Below, in pieces: positions 17,725 to 26,345 of a DNA stretch of 43,579 nt; position 1 is the stretch's first letter, and each line of letters begins with the position of its first letter. The notes beneath the pieces were generated by a model. The model ran no database searches. It was not told the DNA's origin and saw nothing but the letters and a program-made list of their open reading frames with translations. Origin of the DNA: a virus; IMG/VR virus record IMGVR_UViG_3300045988_049214. The stretch is one strand, 5' to 3'. Both the position numbers and the translations under genes were made by a program.

Positions 17725-18723
17725 ATGGATTTTTATATAACCGATAAGGATAGATATGACATGATGTCTCTCTCTGATAAGTGCTCTTTTGATTTTGAAA
17801 TCGGAAGTGAAAATGATTTTGAAATCGGAATACCTGTGTCACTGTATGATTCAGAAATCTATGAAAAAGGACACTATATCTACTGCGACGGAACAGAATA
17901 CGGCGGACGGATAGAAGGAATTAAGTCAGATACATCCGATGGGATTGTAAAAGTATACGGCGAGACGTTCCGGGGAATGCTCAATGACAAGGTTGTTGAG
18001 CCGCCGACCGGAGAGGCTTATCTATACGTCTCAGGCGATCTGACGAACTGCCTCAAGACTTTGCTTGGCGGACAGTATACAGACGTATTTAAAGTCTCTG
18101 ACGCCCTCACAGGAGTTTCTGTGAGCAACTATAAAGTTAACAGATATGATTACATTCTCAATGCGATGGAATCCTTGCTTGAGTCTAAAGGCTATCGACT
18201 GGACATCAGCGTTGTCAACGAAGAGGCACAATTTTTTGTTGAACTGTCAGCGAAACCGAACGAGGTTGATGATGAGATATCGCAGGACTATGATTTCAAT
18301 TTCAGTATTGACAAAAAAATTCTGAAATACAACTACATGATCGCACTCGGTGGCGGACAGCTCGAAAAAAGAACGGTTCTGTATCTGCATCAAAAAGAAG
18401 ATGGCACGATTGAACAGGTTTCGGGCATCCCGAACGGTGACGATATCCGAGTGTATAAATACGATTACAGTTCATCAGAATCAACAGGAAGCGAAACAGA
18501 GCTACTTGATAGTGCTACGAAGAAATTTGACGAGATCAACGAATCAGACAGTCAGGCGATGACTATCTCGGACGGATCACAGATTGAGTTAGAGCTTGGC
18601 AGCATCGTTTCGGGCCGCGATTATGTCACCGGAATCACGATTCAAGAGCCGGTGACGAAGAAAATTCTAAAAATCAAAAATGGGATAGCAGCGGTTTCTT
18701 TCAAAATAGGAGATGATAAATAA
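17725..18723 (+). CDS. Tail-associated/baseplate protein (Tal position)
   Basis: Second gene after the tape measure gene; no enzymatic motif recognised. Confidence 0.45.
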   Translation: MDFYITDKDRYDMMSLSDKCSFDFEIGSENDFEIGIPVSLYDSEIYEKGHYIYCDGTEYGGRIEGIKSDTSDGIVKVYGETFRGMLNDKVVEPPTGEAYLYVSGDLTNCLKTLLGGQYTDVFKVSDALTGVSVSNYKVNRYDYILNAMESLLESKGYRLDISVVNEEAQFFVELSAKPNEVDDEISQDYDFNFSIDKKILKYNYMIALGGGQLEKRTVLYLHQKEDGTIEQVSGIPNGDDIRVYKYDYSSSESTGSETELLDSATKKFDEINESDSQAMTISDGSQIELELGSIVSGRDYVTGITIQEPVTKKILKIKNGIAAVSFKIGDDK

Positions 18724-19784
18724 TGGCAAAAATAGTTACCGGACACACAGGAAGTGCACACATTACAGCAGATGACTGGGCTTCTTTCAACGCGGGGCTT
18801 CTGAGTAGCTCTGACGTTGTGCTTGCATTTGATATGCCGGAGGCAAAAGAAACAACCTCCGGCGTTGTGACATTGCCGAAGCTTGAAATCGTCATTCAGG
18901 GTGTGCACTGTCGAACGGATGGTACAGAAAAAGTGACTATTGAAACGGGGTCGCAAGGACTTTACAGAAACGATTTAATTATTGGAAGGTATCAAAAAAA
19001 TGCATCATCCGGCATTGAATCTTTTGCGGTTGATATCGTAAAAGGGACAGCATCATCTTCACCGTCTGATCCATCTTTAACTCAGAACGATATTAGATCA
19101 GGCGGAACGCTTCGAGAAGTCCCGCTTTACAGAATCGTTCTCTATGGCTCGACGATTCAGAAAATCGAGCCAGTGATATCGAATATCAAGAATCTGTTGA
19201 ATCTTCAGAAAAATGTTAATGCTGCAAACGATGTTGCAAAGGCAGCGAATTCTCGGGCAAAAGCGAATTCGGACGATATCGCAAAGTTAGACACAAGGGC
19301 CACAAACCTTGAAAAGAAGCTTGATTTCAAAGGAACATTGAGGGCTTTCAGCGATAATGCAAAAGCGGCACTGATGAGCTGGGTGAGTTCTTTCAATTCT
19401 TCATCCGGCAACCCTGATATTCTCGGTGCCGGGATTGCTGTTCAGGATGCTAACGGCACCGAAAAATCTTCGCTTAGAATATACTCGAATGGCAAAATGC
19501 AGTTCAATTATAAGGATAATAGCTATAATGTTCCTATAATCCAGCGCGGATCACAATCCATGACCGTGGAGAAAGCGAATACAGCTGTTAAAAAAGAAAT
19601 CACATTCCCGAATGCATACAAGTCCATTCCAAATGTTTTTGTCACGATCCATGCAAGCGATCCGCTCAAGTACGGCGTTTCGGTTGGAGGGGTAACTGCA
19701 AAAAGCTTTACATTGTATTTCAATGCAACGAGCGCCACAACGGCAACAATCGAATGGTGTTCAATCGGTCGCATTGACTATTAA
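18723..19784 (+). CDS. Putative tail fibre / receptor-binding protein with coiled-coil and a C-terminal H-type-lectin-like domain
   Basis: Central heptad region (NVNAANDVAKAANSRAKANSDDIAKLD). C-terminus ITFPNAYKSIPNVFVT...VTAKSFTLYF resembles H-type lectin. Confidence 0.45.
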   Translation: MAKIVTGHTGSAHITADDWASFNAGLLSSSDVVLAFDMPEAKETTSGVVTLPKLEIVIQGVHCRTDGTEKVTIETGSQGLYRNDLIIGRYQKNASSGIESFAVDIVKGTASSSPSDPSLTQNDIRSGGTLREVPLYRIVLYGSTIQKIEPVISNIKNLLNLQKNVNAANDVAKAANSRAKANSDDIAKLDTRATNLEKKLDFKGTLRAFSDNAKAALMSWVSSFNSSSGNPDILGAGIAVQDANGTEKSSLRIYSNGKMQFNYKDNSYNVPIIQRGSQSMTVEKANTAVKKEITFPNAYKSIPNVFVTIHASDPLKYGVSVGGVTAKSFTLYFNATSATTATIEWCSIGRIDY

Positions 19785-19795
19785 GGAGGAAAGCC

Positions 19796-20083
19796 ATGTC
19801 AAAAATCAGTGCTTACGAAAAGATACAGGAATTCAACGGATCTGAAGTATTTATTGTTGATACATCGGACGGCACAAGGACGGTCACATATGATCAGCTC
19901 GTCGACCTTATCAAGTCAACCGGCGGTAATGTTGTAGCACAGCAGAAGAGTGTGACTCCGGCAGCGAATGAACAGGTTGTCGAGCCCGATTCTGGCTATA
20001 ATGCCCTTTCGAAGGTGACGGTTAATGCTATCCCAATATCGAGAGACGAAAACGCAAACGGGACGACCGTAACGATCGGATAG
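19796..20083 (+). CDS. Hypothetical structural-module protein
   Basis: ORF with an AGGAGGAAAG RBS. Confidence 0.5.
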   Translation: MSKISAYEKIQEFNGSEVFIVDTSDGTRTVTYDQLVDLIKSTGGNVVAQQKSVTPAANEQVVEPDSGYNALSKVTVNAIPISRDENANGTTVTIG

Positions 20084-20092
20084 GAGGTCAAA

Positions 20093-20704
20093 ATGGCAGT
20101 AAATAAGGTTATATACGGTTCTGATGTGCTGATTGACCTGACGGATGACACGGTTAATCCATCGTCCTTGAAACAGGGATATACAGCACACGATTGTCAT
20201 GGAAATCTAATCACGGGTGAGCATGTTGAGTCCGATGGCAGTTCCGGCGCCGGCCTCCCTGATATAATCGAAGCTGGCAATACACCTATTTGGATGCACT
20301 TGGAGATGTGCACTACAAGAAGTAATTCAAGCAGCGAAGCTTACAAATTAGGATCAGGCCGTTTCATAGCGCCAAAAAATGGCACATACAGATTTACTTT
20401 CGTCGGATGGACGAATGCAGCGTCAAGTGGCAGTGGTAATAAAGCTAGAGTGTATCTTAGCACAGCATCAAACAAACTGTATAGTGACGATTTAGACGGC
20501 ACACAAGTTGTTGAACTACCTTATAACGATGCTGATGTCAGATTTGTGCATATGGACGTGACTCTGAAAGCGGGACAAAAAATCTTTTTCTTTGGACGTA
20601 CAGCAGCGTCTAACGTTTCGTCGTATGTTGCAGGCTCAACCGGAACAGTTCATGCATTTTTAGTTAGTGTTGCATGGGACAATGGTTGTAACAATGTTGG
20701 ATAG
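20093..20704 (+). CDS. Hypothetical protein with C1q/TNF-like jelly-roll signature (possible fibre head domain)
   Basis: FIAPKNGTYRFTFVGW...VTLKAGQKIFFF pattern; GGAGGT RBS. Confidence 0.4.
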   Translation: MAVNKVIYGSDVLIDLTDDTVNPSSLKQGYTAHDCHGNLITGEHVESDGSSGAGLPDIIEAGNTPIWMHLEMCTTRSNSSSEAYKLGSGRFIAPKNGTYRFTFVGWTNAASSGSGNKARVYLSTASNKLYSDDLDGTQVVELPYNDADVRFVHMDVTLKAGQKIFFFGRTAASNVSSYVAGSTGTVHAFLVSVAWDNGCNNVG

Positions 20705-20718
20705 AAGGGGCATGTTAT

Positions 20719-23310
20719 ATGATTAGAGGAAAAGTGACCGGACAGGTTCTTCAGCTTGCGAAAAATACGACCGTAAGCGACAGCAAAAACTATATATCAG
20801 CCAGATTCGTCTTTTCACTCGACTGGCTTGGTCTGACTAAAACGGTGCATTTCAAGAATGGCGAGAATCAGGCGGATGTAACCCTTGTGGATGACGGCAT
20901 CACACAGGACAGAGGAATTGACCTGAGCGCCGGAACATGGGACGTATGGCTGCATGGGGCAGCTTATAACGAGTCTACAGGAGAGCTTGAAGAGAGAATC
21001 ACAACTACTAGCGCAAAGCTTGTAGTCCTTCCGTATCAGACCACAACCGGGGAACCTTTTAGAGGCAATAATGCCAGTGCGGTTGAAATTGAAGTCGGGA
21101 AAGCGGTTGTTGCTGCATCAAAAGCAGAAACGGCCAGAGACGCTGCGGAAACTTCAGCAAATGAAGCAGCTACGTCATCAAAGAGTGCCGCGTCTTCAGC
21201 TTCTTCTGCAAAAGAAACAGAAGAACGGATTAAGATTCTTGAAAATGATATCAACAGCGATGTTACGCAGTTCTCGGTAGATTATCAAGCGGCTATGAAG
21301 GAACTCGAATTAAAGCGAGCCTCATCGCTGTCAGATATTGATACAGCTGGAACAGTGCAAAAGAATTCGGTTATGAAAGCTGGAACCGATGCGGTAGATT
21401 CCATTAACGCTTCAAAATTATTTGCAATTTCTTCCGTAGAAAGTGCTGGTGCTATTCAGATAAAAAACGTCAACAGTTACGGAGCTGAACAGATTTCTGA
21501 CATCAATTCAACTGGATCAGCCAGACTGAAAGAGGTAAATGATGCAGGGACATCGAATGTCAACAAGATCAACACAGCAGGTTCTGATGCGGTAGCATCT
21601 GTAAAAAAAGCAGGAGAAACACAGACGGCGAATATTACGAAAACTGGTGCTGATGCGGTATCTAACATTCAAGCATCGGAATCAGCAGCGAATACGACGA
21701 TTGAACAAGCTATTTCATCCGGTTTGACAAAAATTGAGGAGGCTGGCCGGACACAGATAGATCTGATTAAGCAGAACGGGGGAGGCGTCGAAAATGCACT
21801 TTCAAATTTTTTCGCTCTAAGAAGAAATGGCAAGGTATTCACGACAAAAATCTATAAATACGAAACATCTACAAGTCCTGTGGGAGTCAAAATGAATGCC
21901 AATGAGAATATGGTTGCGGAGCCATCTGTGGGAAGAACAGAGGGCAGAGATGATTATGCTCAGTATGGCCTATTTCATCATTTTACCTGCAATTTTTCTG
22001 TAGACGAGAATGGTTTCAACCATGTAGATGCCCTGGAGGGCCAGATTGGATTTACCAAGTACGGCAAGGTGCAGGTCGGAGAGGTTACAATGAGCGCCTG
22101 GTTCGGTATTGAGGACACTACCGAGGCAGTCCTATATCATTATTCTGACAGCCAGACAGAGCTGACACCATATCCGATGAAAGAATCTATCAATCCGGAC
22201 GGAACAATCAGCCCATTCATGATCCATGCCAAGTATGCGGCGGGAGACATTGATGGAGTGCCGTATTCATCAAAAGGCCTGGCACCGGCCAATGGCTGCC
22301 AGGCAACACAGGCGAGAAATCCGGTCAGTTACACCGGAATGATAACCTATATGCACAAGCTGGGCGGTCACTATTGCGGCACGACAAGCTGTGATCTGTT
22401 CTATAGACAGCTCATGATGATTATTAAATATGCAACCATACACAGCCAGAGCATCATGGCCGGATGTACCTCATACAGCAATCAGAACCAGAACCTGGTA
22501 GAAGAAACCGGAGTGATGAGATTGGTGCTAACAAAGGCACAGGCGGCTGGTTATGTGATCGGCTCATATGTTTCCATCGGAGACGTTGGCTCAAACACAA
22601 ACAAAGACCGGTATTTTTCCTATATACACAACAAAGCATACAGTGTCAAAGTCACAAAGATTGAGGACGTGGATGACAGCAATGCAGCAGTATATGTGGA
22701 TGCTCCGGAGGCATTCGATACGACATTGACCACATGGATCACAACAATGCCATGGCACAGTGGAGCGACTGATGAGGTGGCTGGCTCAGACGGATCTCCG
22801 AACAGCAACACCAATGGGAAAGATCCGTACAAGATCCAGGGCATTGAGACCTGCATCGGAGCCTATGAGGTTCTGGGGAATGTGGTCATGGATATTGTTA
22901 CCGGTGCGGACGGGAATCCGGCCAGAGATGTCTATGTATGCGAGGACGCCAGCACACTGTCCAGCAACATTGCGACAGTGCGGGCAAATTATAAAAAGGC
23001 TATCGCACAGGTGGCCTATACAGCAGCATCATGGAAATATATCACGGAAGAAACAACAGATCCAAACCTGGGTATCATGATTCCTACGAAAGTAGGCGGA
23101 GGCTCAACCACTGGATTTGCTGATGGACTGTATACAGATACAGGAGCATCTGGACAGAGAGAGTGGCTTGCGCTGGGCGGTTTGGCCGATTGGTCGGTTG
23201 CTGGCCTCTGGATTCTGGGTGCGGACCGTGGCTGGTCGGCCGCGCACTGGAGGATCGTCTCCGGCGTTTCTCCAAACGGCACCAGGGGTGAATGGCAGGC
23301 AACAGCCTGA
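20719..23310 (+). CDS. Large tail fibre protein; DGR target (C-terminal variable, lectin-fold-like domain)
   Basis: 863 aa. Ala/Ser-rich fibre-type repeats (residues about 130-350). The C-terminus contains the VR matching the downstream TR. Confidence 0.8.
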   Translation: MIRGKVTGQVLQLAKNTTVSDSKNYISARFVFSLDWLGLTKTVHFKNGENQADVTLVDDGITQDRGIDLSAGTWDVWLHGAAYNESTGELEERITTTSAKLVVLPYQTTTGEPFRGNNASAVEIEVGKAVVAASKAETARDAAETSANEAATSSKSAASSASSAKETEERIKILENDINSDVTQFSVDYQAAMKELELKRASSLSDIDTAGTVQKNSVMKAGTDAVDSINASKLFAISSVESAGAIQIKNVNSYGAEQISDINSTGSARLKEVNDAGTSNVNKINTAGSDAVASVKKAGETQTANITKTGADAVSNIQASESAANTTIEQAISSGLTKIEEAGRTQIDLIKQNGGGVENALSNFFALRRNGKVFTTKIYKYETSTSPVGVKMNANENMVAEPSVGRTEGRDDYAQYGLFHHFTCNFSVDENGFNHVDALEGQIGFTKYGKVQVGEVTMSAWFGIEDTTEAVLYHYSDSQTELTPYPMKESINPDGTISPFMIHAKYAAGDIDGVPYSSKGLAPANGCQATQARNPVSYTGMITYMHKLGGHYCGTTSCDLFYRQLMMIIKYATIHSQSIMAGCTSYSNQNQNLVEETGVMRLVLTKAQAAGYVIGSYVSIGDVGSNTNKDRYFSYIHNKAYSVKVTKIEDVDDSNAAVYVDAPEAFDTTLTTWITTMPWHSGATDEVAGSDGSPNSNTNGKDPYKIQGIETCIGAYEVLGNVVMDIVTGADGNPARDVYVCEDASTLSSNIATVRANYKKAIAQVAYTAASWKYITEETTDPNLGIMIPTKVGGGSTTGFADGLYTDTGASGQREWLALGGLADWSVAGLWILGADRGWSAAHWRIVSGVSPNGTRGEWQATA
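23163..23264 (+). repeat. DGR variable repeat (VR)
   Basis: 102-nt gapless alignment with 23374-23475. Of 18 differences, 17 are at TR adenines. Confidence 0.9.
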
Positions 23311-23312
23311 CA

Positions 23313-23328
23313 GAGGGGCTTTCCCCTT
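23313..23328 (+). promoter_or_regulatory. GC-stem hairpin with 4-nt loop just after the fibre stop codon (DGR target-recognition hairpin candidate)
   Basis: AGGGG-CTTT-CCCCT with no following T-tract. Confidence 0.4.
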
Positions 23329-23373
23329 ATAAATAAATAACGGACTTGTAACGCTAAACGGGCGGTTTCCTCT

Positions 23374-23475
23374 GTGGCTTGCGCTGGGCAATTTGAACAA
23401 TTGGTCGAATGCTGGCCTCTGGATTCTGAATGCGAACAATGGCTGGTCGAACACGAACTGGAATATCGTCTCCGG
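23374..23475 (+). repeat. DGR template repeat (TR), part of a noncoding DGR RNA
   Basis: Contains 23 adenines, arranged as ten AAY codons when read in the VR frame. Lies 222 nt upstream of the RT gene. Confidence 0.9.
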
Positions 23476-23697
23476 ATTTTCTTGAAAATATTTGAAATTC
23501 AGCGTTACATTTCGCTCTGTAAGAACAGAGCCGCCGGAAAGCAGGTGCGTGGGGCATATCCCCAAAATACGATTGAAGCCACACCGCCCAGCTGGGAGCC
23601 AAGGAGCCTGACTGGACGGGCGCATGGTGCAGTAGGCCATGATGCGGAGTGAGTAGAAAAACCGGAAACTCCTGTATCAAGAAACGAGGACTCACAG

Positions 23698-24924
23698 TTG
23701 AAACGATACTGTAAAAATATACAACTGGATAAAGAATGGATTATGGCCTGTATGCTGGAATGTTTTTCAGATAAATGGAAACGGCGTGATGTGGCAGGGT
23801 TCCTGGCCGGATACCAAACCGGTCAACCACTGTCCGTCAGGGCTGTGAGCAGACTGATCCAGGAGAAAAGGAACAATGTGGACCCGTTGCTGGAAAGAGC
23901 AGCGGAAGATCTGGCAAGGGAAATCAAGGAGCGTGATGTTCATTTCCCGGAAATACGCTACTCCATGAGGTATGACGGAAACTCCGGAAAGCTCAGGGAG
24001 ATAGGCGTGGAGAGCATAAAACAGCAGATATACAATTATGTAGCTGTCAATGCTCTGAAAGGATTATTTGAAAGAAAGATAGGAAAATATCAATGCGCCA
24101 GTGTGCCGGGCCGTGGCCAGGTATACGGAAAGAATGCAATAGAGAGATGGATTCGGAAGAATCCGGATAAAACGAGAGCAGGAGCCAAGGCAGACGTAAG
24201 GCACTGTTATCCGTCAATCGACACAGGAAAGCTCATGAGATTTTTAAGAAAACAGGTCAAGAACGATGACCTTCTTTATTTAGTTGAGGCACTGATTGAA
24301 TCCTACAAACATGGCCTGTCAATAGGTTCCTATCTGAGCCAATGGCTTTGCAATTACTATCTGAGCTTTGCTTATCATTATGCAGAACAAAAGCTCTTTA
24401 AGATGTCTAAAAGGAGAGGACAAGAGAAGCGGACAAGGCTTTTTTACAAAATCATATTCTACATGGATGACATTCTGATTCTGGGACCACGAAAAGCGGA
24501 CGTCAAGAAAGCCATGCTCATGCTGATCCAATTTTTCAGGGACGAGCTTGGCCTGGAGATAAAACCGAACTGGAAACTGTTCCAGGTTGACTATATCGGA
24601 AAAGACGGAAAGCATCACGGAGATTGCATTGATATGATGGGATACAAAATTTACAGGGACCACACAGAAGTCCGCCGGAGCATATTCCTCCAGGCAAGAC
24701 GGGCATATCTGAGATTGAGAAAACAGGTGCAGCGTCGTATGGAGATAGCACTAGATCTGGCGTACCGCTGTATTTCATATTATGGGTGGTTCAAAAATTC
24801 AGATTCCGTTCACTTCAAAAAGAAGTATGGAATAGAGCAACTGATGAAATACGCGAAAAGGAAGGTAAGCATTGAAAGCAAGATTCACAACCGAACAGCC
24901 AGCGGTCAGCTGGCAGCCACTTGA
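23698..24924 (+). CDS. DGR-type reverse transcriptase
   Basis: FYMDDILILG (YxDD) and LSIGSYLSQ (DGR-typical [I/L]GxxxSQ) motifs; adjacent to the TR. TTG start after ACGAGGA. Confidence 0.9.
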   Translation: MKRYCKNIQLDKEWIMACMLECFSDKWKRRDVAGFLAGYQTGQPLSVRAVSRLIQEKRNNVDPLLERAAEDLAREIKERDVHFPEIRYSMRYDGNSGKLREIGVESIKQQIYNYVAVNALKGLFERKIGKYQCASVPGRGQVYGKNAIERWIRKNPDKTRAGAKADVRHCYPSIDTGKLMRFLRKQVKNDDLLYLVEALIESYKHGLSIGSYLSQWLCNYYLSFAYHYAEQKLFKMSKRRGQEKRTRLFYKIIFYMDDILILGPRKADVKKAMLMLIQFFRDELGLEIKPNWKLFQVDYIGKDGKHHGDCIDMMGYKIYRDHTEVRRSIFLQARRAYLRLRKQVQRRMEIALDLAYRCISYYGWFKNSDSVHFKKKYGIEQLMKYAKRKVSIESKIHNRTASGQLAAT

Positions 24925-25228
24925 CAACGGGATGGTAGACGTAAGCATCTGCCTGAATGGACAGGAGATCACGGAAAAACACCAGCAGATGGTTGAAAAA
25001 GAGCAGTATACAACTGTGACAGAGACGTTCTTAGAATATGATTTCCACCAGTTCCGGGAAAAAGCGGAAAACGTAAACCGTGAAGCTGTGGAGAAAAATC
25101 CGGAAAAATATCTGGACTACGAACCACAGAAAGAAAAGACGCTAGAGAGAAGGGTCAAAGATCAGGAGGAGACTATTGAGATGCTGACAAGCTGTCTGCT
25201 TGAGATGTCTGAAGTTGTGTATGCTTGA
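24872..25228 (+). CDS. Hypothetical acidic protein (pre-lysis module)
   Basis: TTG start after AAGGAAGG. Overlaps the RT 3' end by 53 nt. Not Avd-like (acidic). Confidence 0.5.
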   Translation: MKARFTTEQPAVSWQPLDNGMVDVSICLNGQEITEKHQQMVEKEQYTTVTETFLEYDFHQFREKAENVNREAVEKNPEKYLDYEPQKEKTLERRVKDQEETIEMLTSCLLEMSEVVYA

Positions 25229-25280
25229 CAACTTTAAGCATGCAATATGTAAATCTCTATTCGGAAAGGGAGGTGAAACA

Positions 25281-25442
25281 ATGATGGCAATGTTATGGGC
25301 TCAGAAGATTATGTATTCAGAAACAAAAGAAGAAGCGATTGCTCTTTATAAAAGAGTGCCGCGTCTTCTGAAAGATAAGGTTGAACAGATCTTAATCGAA
25401 AGCGGTTGTGAAGATCTCGTAAAAGAAAGTGAGGAAAAATAA
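25281..25442 (+). CDS. Small hypothetical protein (XkdX-position)
   Basis: ATG after AAGGGAGGTGA; 53 aa. Confidence 0.5.
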   Translation: MMAMLWAQKIMYSETKEEAIALYKRVPRLLKDKVEQILIESGCEDLVKESEEK

Positions 25443-25774
25443 TGCAAAAAAAAATAACACTAATGTTTTTGTCAACTGCACTTGTTGTGGCCATGGCGTT
25501 GCCGGCACTCGCTTGTACGCCGCCGCTGAGACCACCAAAAACGCCTGACATGCAGTCAGCTTATGACGCTGCCTACGAAGCTGGGAAGAAGGCTGCTGAG
25601 AATGTAGTGATTCCGGATTCATATTTCAAAAACAAGACAGAGACGGAATCCGAGACCGAAACGGTAATTGAAACAGAGACGGAATCCGAACAGGTCAATG
25701 AATATTATTTCAGATGGGAAAAATATATCCCCAAATCACTAAGAAACAGGTGGGCTAGCTTTCTCAGGAGGTGA
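25442..25774 (+). CDS. Secreted protein/lipoprotein with a Pro-rich segment after Cys and ETE-rich repeats
   Basis: Signal peptide MQKKITLMFLSTALVVAMALPALAC followed by TPPLRPPKTP. Repeated ETETESE region (DNA repeat ACAGAGACGGAATCCGA x2). Confidence 0.6.
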   Translation: MQKKITLMFLSTALVVAMALPALACTPPLRPPKTPDMQSAYDAAYEAGKKAAENVVIPDSYFKNKTETESETETVIETETESEQVNEYYFRWEKYIPKSLRNRWASFLRR

Positions 25775-25832
25775 TCCAGTTTATCTCCCTTGCCGGGGTC
25801 AAGGCAAATACTTAGAATTGAGGTATACAGAT

Positions 25833-26099
25833 ATGACCGAAGCAATGATAACCGGCGTGGTAGCCATCATAGTCTGCATGATCAATAATGCTTTTCAGCA
25901 GTATAGAATTCGAGAACAGCACGATGAGACCACAACGATGATAACCTACAAGATTGACGAGCTCACCAAGCGAGTTGACAAACATAACAGCATCATCGAA
26001 CGTACATATGCGTTAGAGAAGCAGATGGCTACAATGGACGAAAAAGTCCGTGTAGCCAACCACCGAATAGCGGATTTAGAGGAAAAGGAGCGTGTATAG
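25833..26099 (+). CDS. XhlA-like membrane protein (N-terminal TM + coiled coil)
   Basis: TM helix ITGVVAIIVCMINNAF followed by a heptad-rich helix; sits upstream of the holin gene. Confidence 0.55.
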   Translation: MTEAMITGVVAIIVCMINNAFQQYRIREQHDETTTMITYKIDELTKRVDKHNSIIERTYALEKQMATMDEKVRVANHRIADLEEKERV

Positions 26100-26100
26100 A

Positions 26101-26328
26101 ATGTTTAAAAATTGCGTATTAAAACCCGATGTAAATACAGTTAAGTGGTTCAAAGCGGCCGGGGTAAGAGCTATCAAGACGATGGCCCAGACAGCTGTGG
26201 CACTGATCGGGACTAACGCGTTCATCACTGCTGTAGATTGGAAGATGATCATCTCTGGTGCTGTGATGGCCGGATTGGTGAGCATCCTGACAAGTGTTGC
26301 AGGCATTCCGGAAGTAGAAGCAGAATAG
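26101..26328 (+). CDS. Holin
   Basis: 75 aa with two hydrophobic helices. RAIKTMAQTAVALIG motif is typical of Firmicutes phage holins. Immediately upstream of the endolysin gene. The start is ambiguous (26092 GTG or 26101 ATG). Confidence 0.75.
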   Translation: MFKNCVLKPDVNTVKWFKAAGVRAIKTMAQTAVALIGTNAFITAVDWKMIISGAVMAGLVSILTSVAGIPEVEAE

Positions 26329-26345
26329 AGAGGAGATAGACTGAT

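Noticed and set aside
23104-23695. ORF-track entries overlapping the VR/TR region (23374-23652 +, 23104-23640 -, 23354-23695 -, 23117-23332 +)
   Set aside because: They overlap the fibre 3' end or the noncoding TR/spacer of the DGR, lack RBSs and have odd composition. The + ORF starts exactly at the first base of the TR. They were treated as noncoding DGR RNA.
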